This document shows, in pieces, positions 43,794 to 48,550 of a stretch of 48,550 nt of DNA. The stretch lies in IMG/VR virus record IMGVR_UViG_3300006810_014097, positions 1 through 48,550 of that record, one strand, 5' to 3'. The DNA comes from a virus (lineage: Duplodnaviria; Caudoviricetes). The notes under the pieces are model-generated. The model was not told the DNA's origin. It searched no databases and saw nothing but the letters and a program-made list of their open reading frames with translations. The position numbers were made by a program, and so were the translations under genes. Every line of letters starts with the position of its first letter. The stretch's first letter is position 1.

Positions 43794-44572
43794 GCGAACA
43801 GAACAAAGATGCGGATCGGGCGGCGTTTGAGGCGCAGTACGCGGAAGACCATTTTGGCGGGGACGTGAACGCAATAGCTATTCACATGCGGCGCGGCGAT
43901 GACGGGGAATACGTTTTGCGCACTCAGCGAGACGCTTGGTATGGTTGGCAAGCCCGCAGCCTGCCGGTGGGTGTGCCGGATGGCTATGCGCTGGTTCCGG
44001 TTGAGCCGACGCGGACCATGCTGCACCGGGCATACGACAACAATCTAATGTCTTGGATTTCTCGGCAATCGACCGGTCACGACTGCGCTGCTGGGATATG
44101 GGAATCCATGCTCGCCGCCGCCCCAACCGGCAAGGCTGAGCAGGTGCAGTGCTTGCCGCAAGAGTGGTGGCAGATCATCCACGACACGCTGCGCAATTAC
44201 CGACTGACGACACTCGTAGATCAGGACGGCGACGGCTACCCGCTGATTGATGCGATGACCGCCGAGGGACAGCCGGTATCGGACGGTATCAACGAGTGCG
44301 ATTACCTGACTGACGCGATTTGGAACGCACTGACAGCTCAAGCCCCCTCCCTGCCGGCTGCTGGATCGGCTGCGGAAGAGGTGGAGGTGGTGGCCCATTT
44401 CCAAGTGCCGACCGGCGGAAGCTATGCCGGCGAGCGATTTACGCGGATCGGCCCAGTGCCAGAAATTCCCGCCGCAAATCGCACCTACGAACCCCTCATG
44501 ACCGTCGCCCAGCATGAGCGCATCGTCGCCGCCCTTTCCGCCCAGCAGCCCGATCACCCGGAGGAAGGATGA
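43790..44572 (+). CDS. Mosaic Eaa/DUF551-like hypothetical protein
   Basis: Recurrent phage modules RAAFE...WYGWQAR, VPDGYALVPVEPT...MLAAAP, EPLMTVAQHERIVAA. Confidence 0.7.
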   Translation: MSEQNKDADRAAFEAQYAEDHFGGDVNAIAIHMRRGDDGEYVLRTQRDAWYGWQARSLPVGVPDGYALVPVEPTRTMLHRAYDNNLMSWISRQSTGHDCAAGIWESMLAAAPTGKAEQVQCLPQEWWQIIHDTLRNYRLTTLVDQDGDGYPLIDAMTAEGQPVSDGINECDYLTDAIWNALTAQAPSLPAAGSAAEEVEVVAHFQVPTGGSYAGERFTRIGPVPEIPAANRTYEPLMTVAQHERIVAALSAQQPDHPEEG

Positions 44573-44805
44573 AGACGCGCATCCACATCACAAGCGGCCC
44601 GAGCCGCAAGAAGCCAAAGGCCGGCGACGAGAAGGTCGTCAAGGGCGTGACCATGATCCGCCAGCAGCGCCGAGTACCGCCAGGGATGCCGCACGCTGGC
44701 GCCTACATTGTGAGCAGCGGACGGCCATGCTGGGAATGGGTCGAGAAAGGAGGCGCGGATGATCGCTCGCGCCCCGCCGCTGCCGCAGAAGAAGGAGAGG
44801 TGTGA
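44569..44805 (+). CDS. Basic hypothetical protein
   Basis: GGAGG SD; ATGA coupling. Confidence 0.6.
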   Translation: MKTRIHITSGPSRKKPKAGDEKVVKGVTMIRQQRRVPPGMPHAGAYIVSSGRPCWEWVEKGGADDRSRPAAAAEEGEV

Positions 44806-45170
44806 TGCCGAGCCCAACGTCAGGAATGAACGTAGGTCAGCGTATCGCTCACGTCGGCGGACGCACGCGGGAAGACCACTGTGTAGAGTTCGGCAGCGTG
44901 CTGGCGGTGACGCTGCTGATGGATCACGTCGCGCGCGATCTGGCAGGAGATCAGCCTGTTCACTCGATTGCGCCGATTATCCAACGCATTGAGCTGGCCG
45001 ATAAGAAGTATGGCGGCCTGCGCCCTGCAGCAAAAGCATTGGGCATAGATCCTGGGTATCTGTTCAGGCTCAAGAACGCCGAGAAGATGAACCCAAGTGA
45101 CGAAGTGCTGGCCGCTCTTGGGCTAGAGCGCGTTGTCTACTACCGACCAGCAGGAGGTCAAGATGAGTAA
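44802..45170 (+). CDS. Hypothetical protein with C-terminal HTH
   Basis: GGLRPAAKALGIDPGYLFRL...NPSDEVLAALGL. Confidence 0.7.
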   Translation: MMPSPTSGMNVGQRIAHVGGRTREDHCVEFGSVLAVTLLMDHVARDLAGDQPVHSIAPIIQRIELADKKYGGLRPAAKALGIDPGYLFRLKNAEKMNPSDEVLAALGLERVVYYRPAGGQDE

Positions 45171-45981
45171 GCAAGTGAAGCGGTGCGACTCATACGGCTA
45201 CGACGGCATGAGCGCGATGATGAAAGAGGATGCGCATGGCGAATGGGTACGCGGTGAAGACTACGACGCCCTGCACGCAGAGGCCGAGGCGCTGCGCTTG
45301 CAGAACGCAATGCTGGTTACTGCGGCCAGCAACATCAACAGCGACCGAGAGGCGCTGCGGGCTGAGAATGAAAAGCGGCAGCGGCGCGCTGATTCTGCAC
45401 GAGGGATGATTCGCTACCCATGCAAGATGTGGGACGGCGAAGAGGCCGAGTCTCAGGAGTACGCCAAGGGCTACAACATGGCTCTTGAGCATGTCAAGAA
45501 GCTGAACGCCACCCCAGCGCCGGAAGTGCCAGACCATTTGCGTGAAGCCGCGAAAATGGCCGAGCAGGGAGAGCGGCAGGAGGCGGTGGCGCATCGACTG
45601 ATCAATGATCTTGGCGAGGTCATGACCGATTGGCATGACGGCCCGCCACCAGATAACTTCGTTGATTTGTGCGGCCAGGCAGTGAAGGATGTGCGTGTTG
45701 AGCTTGCGTTCTCAACCCCGCAGCCAGGCCCGGACGTGCGGGCGCTGGCAGCCTTCGCCCTGGAACTGATCTATGGCGCCTGGGAAGGCGGCAGCTTCGA
45801 CGGCGGTGACATTCAGGAAGCAGGCGTTCGCCATGGCTTGCTGACTGTCGAACAGCGTCAGGAATCTTGCGGTGAGCACTGCGACTGCGCTGAGTACGGT
45901 TTCCCGTCTGAGTGCTATCGTCTGACGCCGGCTATTGCCGCCCACCGCCAGGCGCAACAAGGAGACAGCAATGACACCTGA
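45163..45981 (+). CDS. Mosaic hypothetical protein
   Basis: AGGAGG SD; GEWVRGEDYDAL module; C-terminal C..HC.C...C. Confidence 0.7.
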   Translation: MSKQVKRCDSYGYDGMSAMMKEDAHGEWVRGEDYDALHAEAEALRLQNAMLVTAASNINSDREALRAENEKRQRRADSARGMIRYPCKMWDGEEAESQEYAKGYNMALEHVKKLNATPAPEVPDHLREAAKMAEQGERQEAVAHRLINDLGEVMTDWHDGPPPDNFVDLCGQAVKDVRVELAFSTPQPGPDVRALAAFALELIYGAWEGGSFDGGDIQEAGVRHGLLTVEQRQESCGEHCDCAEYGFPSECYRLTPAIAAHRQAQQGDSNDT

Positions 45982-46279
45982 AGTCGAGAAGAAGCGGCGG
46001 GAGTTGTTTGAGGCCTGGGTGGCTCGAGAGTGGCCGACAGCGCCGCTGCACTATGTTCGCGATGCTCTGCCAAAGAACGATCCGCGCTACGGGGAATACT
46101 GCGATGAGTCCTTGCAGCGCGCATGGGTTGGTTGGAATGCGGCGCTGAGCGCACTGGAGATTCATACGCCAGGCAAGCTTGAGCTTGCGGATAGCCCAGG
46201 CTCTATGGCGTGGAATCACTGCATTGACGAGTACACGCGCAATATCACCGCCACCGGCCTAGGCCTCCGCATCAAGTAA
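45971..46279 (+). CDS. Hypothetical protein
   Basis: AAGGAG SD; RELFEAW...AWVGW module. Confidence 0.65.
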   Translation: MTPEVEKKRRELFEAWVAREWPTAPLHYVRDALPKNDPRYGEYCDESLQRAWVGWNAALSALEIHTPGKLELADSPGSMAWNHCIDEYTRNITATGLGLRIK

Positions 46280-46332
46280 CACCCCAACCCATCCCCTTTT
46301 CTATCTGCCCACATAGGGCGGGAGGATTTGCT

Positions 46333-46722
46333 GTGTCTGAAATTCAATCGAAAGTCCTGCGCTGGATCGCCACCGGGCGCGTTGGCGACTCTTCGAAGGC
46401 TATGGCCATGACCGCATGCGGCCTGCCAAGTGACCGCTTTTACCCGAACGACCCTGCCGACCTGAACAGATGCCTACTGCTACTGGAGGCAGTGCCAGAG
46501 GTGCGCGAGCACTTCGACAAGATTGCCGCGCTCGGTGTGGTTTGGGGTCGCCTTATAGGCCGCTGGCCAGAGATCGAAGCCTGCTTCCTCGATGAGGCGG
46601 GTCTGAACTGGAGCAAGGCCCAGTCGGCGCCGAAAACCTACGCCCTGATGAAAGAGGTCATGGGCGAAGAGCCTGGCGTTGTCAGCTTGGGCAGCGGCGT
46701 CAAGATCAAGTTCGGAGCGTAG
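46333..46722 (+). CDS. Conserved phage hypothetical protein
   Basis: W...G.VG.SSKAMA...P.DPADLNRCLLLLEAVPE; GGAGG SD before GTG. Confidence 0.75.
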   Translation: MSEIQSKVLRWIATGRVGDSSKAMAMTACGLPSDRFYPNDPADLNRCLLLLEAVPEVREHFDKIAALGVVWGRLIGRWPEIEACFLDEAGLNWSKAQSAPKTYALMKEVMGEEPGVVSLGSGVKIKFGA

Positions 46723-46756
46723 CCATGAAACTGATCACGCTTGAGAAGGTGAGCCA

Positions 46757-47233
46757 ATGAGCGCATCCATCCTTGACCCATGCTGCGGAAGCCGCATGTT
46801 CTGGTTCGACAAGGCCAACCAGGGCGTTCTGTTTGGCGATATCCGCGACGCCGAACACGTCTTGTGCGACGGTCGCGTGCTCAAGGTCGAACCCGACGTG
46901 CTGATGGACTTCCGCTCGCTGCCGTTCCCCGATGGTCAGTTCCGCATGGTCGTGTTTGATCCGCCGCACCTCGTGCGCGCCGGCCGTGACAGTTGGCTGC
47001 GCGCCAAGTACGGCATCCTGACCGACGACTGGCGCGACGACATCCGCAAGGGCTTCGTCGAGTGCTTTCGCGTGCTTGCACCTGGCGGCTTCCTGATCTT
47101 CAAGTGGAACGAAACACAGATCACTGTCGGCCAGATCCTGGCCCTGACTGATCAGAAACCACTGTTTGGCCACCCATCCGGCAAGAAGGGCGGCACGCAC
47201 TGGATCACGTTCATGAAAGGAGAACTGCCATGA
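46757..47233 (+). CDS. Small SAM-dependent DNA methyltransferase
   Basis: ILDPCCGSRMFWFDK, VFDPPH, FRVL.PGG.LIFKWNE. Confidence 0.88.
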   Translation: MSASILDPCCGSRMFWFDKANQGVLFGDIRDAEHVLCDGRVLKVEPDVLMDFRSLPFPDGQFRMVVFDPPHLVRAGRDSWLRAKYGILTDDWRDDIRKGFVECFRVLAPGGFLIFKWNETQITVGQILALTDQKPLFGHPSGKKGGTHWITFMKGELP

Positions 47234-47475
47234 GCAAGATGGTCACGCTTGAGAAGTGGGCGGAGTCGCACCTTGACCCGGCGCCTTCGCCAGCAACGCT
47301 GCGCATGTGGGCCAGGACGAACCGCTTCGACCCACCCGCGCAGAAGGTCGGCCGCTGCTACCGGGTGGACGAGCACGCCCGATACTGCGAACCTGAAGTG
47401 CCGGTAGAGCTGCCCAAAGACAACTCGCTGGTTAGCCGAATGATGAGGGACCACTATGGCACCCAGGCCGCGTAA
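47230..47475 (+). CDS. xis: Excisionase
   Basis: VTLEKWA...PS..TLR.WAR...P...KVGR.YRV; overlaps int. Confidence 0.9.
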   Translation: MSKMVTLEKWAESHLDPAPSPATLRMWARTNRFDPPAQKVGRCYRVDEHARYCEPEVPVELPKDNSLVSRMMRDHYGTQAA

Positions 47476-48550
47476 GACGGGATCGAAAGACCTCCCGCCG
47501 AACCTGTACCGCAAGAAAGACAGACGCAATGGCGTCACCTACTACAGCTACCGCAACCCGTCCACAGGCAAGGTTTACGGCCTTGGCACCGACAAGGAAG
47601 CGGCAATCGCCCAGGCCGTCGCCGGCAATCACTCCATGTTCGCTAAGCCAGCCCTGGCTGAACGCATGGAGCGCCCAGCGAAGCGCGCATTTGGTAAGTG
47701 GCTGGCAGAGTACGGCCGGATCATCGAAGAGCGCGAGATCGAGGACAACACCAAGCGCAATCTGCGCATGCGGATCAAGCGGCTTGATGCCGAGTTCGGC
47801 AAGCACGACATCAACGCCGTCACCACGATCATGATTGCCGACTACCTTGGCGCCATGGTCAAGGCTGGCAAGTCGCAGATGAGCCGCGCAATGCGCTCAT
47901 TGCTGCGCGATGTGTTCATGGAGGCGATAGCGGCAGGATGGGCCGAGGCGAACCCTGTCGAAGTGACCAAGGCAGCGAGGATCAAGGTCAAGCGCGAGCG
48001 CCTGACTCTCGATATGTGGCGGGCGATTCATGCCAGAGCTGGTACGGCGTGGCTGAAGCGTGCAATGGAACTGGCCCTGATAACCGGACAGCGTCGGGAT
48101 GACATCGCGTCCATGCTCTTCAAGGACGAGCAGGACGGCTATCTGCACGTCATCCAGCACAAGACCAAGCAGCGGCTGCGCCTCAGCACGTCCATAGGCC
48201 TGCAGTGCATCGGCCTGGATCTGGCCAGCGTGATCAAGCTGTGCCGCGACAACGTGGTATCGAAGCACCTGGTGCATCATGCACGCACGATCAGCAAGGC
48301 CAAGGCCGGCAGCCCGATCATGCTGGATACGATCAGCAAGAAATTCGCCGAGGCGCGAGACGCCGCTGTGTCGGCCGGCGAGATCGTCGTCAGCGGGAGC
48401 CCTCCGACCTTCCATGAGATGCGCTCCCTGGCAGCTCGACTGCACGCAGCCGAAGGGCGCAACGCCCAGGCACTGCTCGGGCACAAGTCGGCCAAGATGA
48501 CGGACCTCTACAAGGACAGCAGGGGCGCCGAGTGGATCGACGTGGCATAA
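47456..48550 (+). CDS. int: Lambda-type tyrosine integrase
   Basis: Arm-binding N-terminus (LPPNLY...YYSYRNP); catalytic R (GQRRDD), K, HxxR (FHEMRS), LLGH, Y. Confidence 0.97.
   Translation: MAPRPRKTGSKDLPPNLYRKKDRRNGVTYYSYRNPSTGKVYGLGTDKEAAIAQAVAGNHSMFAKPALAERMERPAKRAFGKWLAEYGRIIEEREIEDNTKRNLRMRIKRLDAEFGKHDINAVTTIMIADYLGAMVKAGKSQMSRAMRSLLRDVFMEAIAAGWAEANPVEVTKAARIKVKRERLTLDMWRAIHARAGTAWLKRAMELALITGQRRDDIASMLFKDEQDGYLHVIQHKTKQRLRLSTSIGLQCIGLDLASVIKLCRDNVVSKHLVHHARTISKAKAGSPIMLDTISKKFAEARDAAVSAGEIVVSGSPPTFHEMRSLAARLHAAEGRNAQALLGHKSAKMTDLYKDSRGAEWIDVA

Larger units (their letters stand above)
1..48550. mobile_element. Lambdoid temperate siphophage (prophage), near complete; att sites outside the window
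   Basis: Integration, recombination, cI/cro/cII, replication, nin, Q, packaging, head, non-contractile tail and lysis modules in lambdoid order. Confidence 0.97.

Noticed and set aside
38090-46310. C-rich spacers before modules (near 38100, 40500, 42315, 46280) as a repeat family
   Set aside because: Similarity is compositional only; no alignable consensus
1-48550. CRISPR array, IS element, rRNA, attL/attR
   Set aside because: No spaced repeat array, transposase or rRNA seen; the window is cut at the terminal stop codons, so att cores cannot be evaluated

Overview
The whole window is one lambdoid temperate siphophage (prophage). It runs from the stop codon of an Rz-like spanin (position 1) to the stop codon of the integrase (48550), so the att sites lie outside. 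The host is inferred to be Pseudomonas-like from the high GC and the gene repertoire. Minus strand (late/PR arm, read right to left): cro, cII, O-like initiator with ori repeats, DnaC-like loader, DNA MTase, nin-region genes, short Q-like gene, T5orf172-like nuclease, late promoter and terminator, structured leader, holin, terminase, portal, head genes, tail genes (with a G/GT frameshift), a lower-GC tail-tip/fibre block, SleB-type endolysin and spanins. Plus strand (cI/PL arm): cI, two envelope morons, PL, an MTase, structured RNAs, many small early genes, RecT/YqaJ, two DUF1566-like paralogues, a third MTase, xis and int. Highlights: (1) the two early-region paralogues end in 129-bp repeats with a strong DGR variable-repeat signature, yet the phage encodes no RT, Avd or template repeat; (2) several large multibranch RNA structures (two in tandem at 37.7-38.0 kb, one before the holin, one in the N-less PL leader); (3) the tail-tip gene is split by a 1-bp frameshift; (4) GGA-loop hairpins sit in front of the scaffold gene. 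Family assignments come from motif recognition and synteny, not from database searches.
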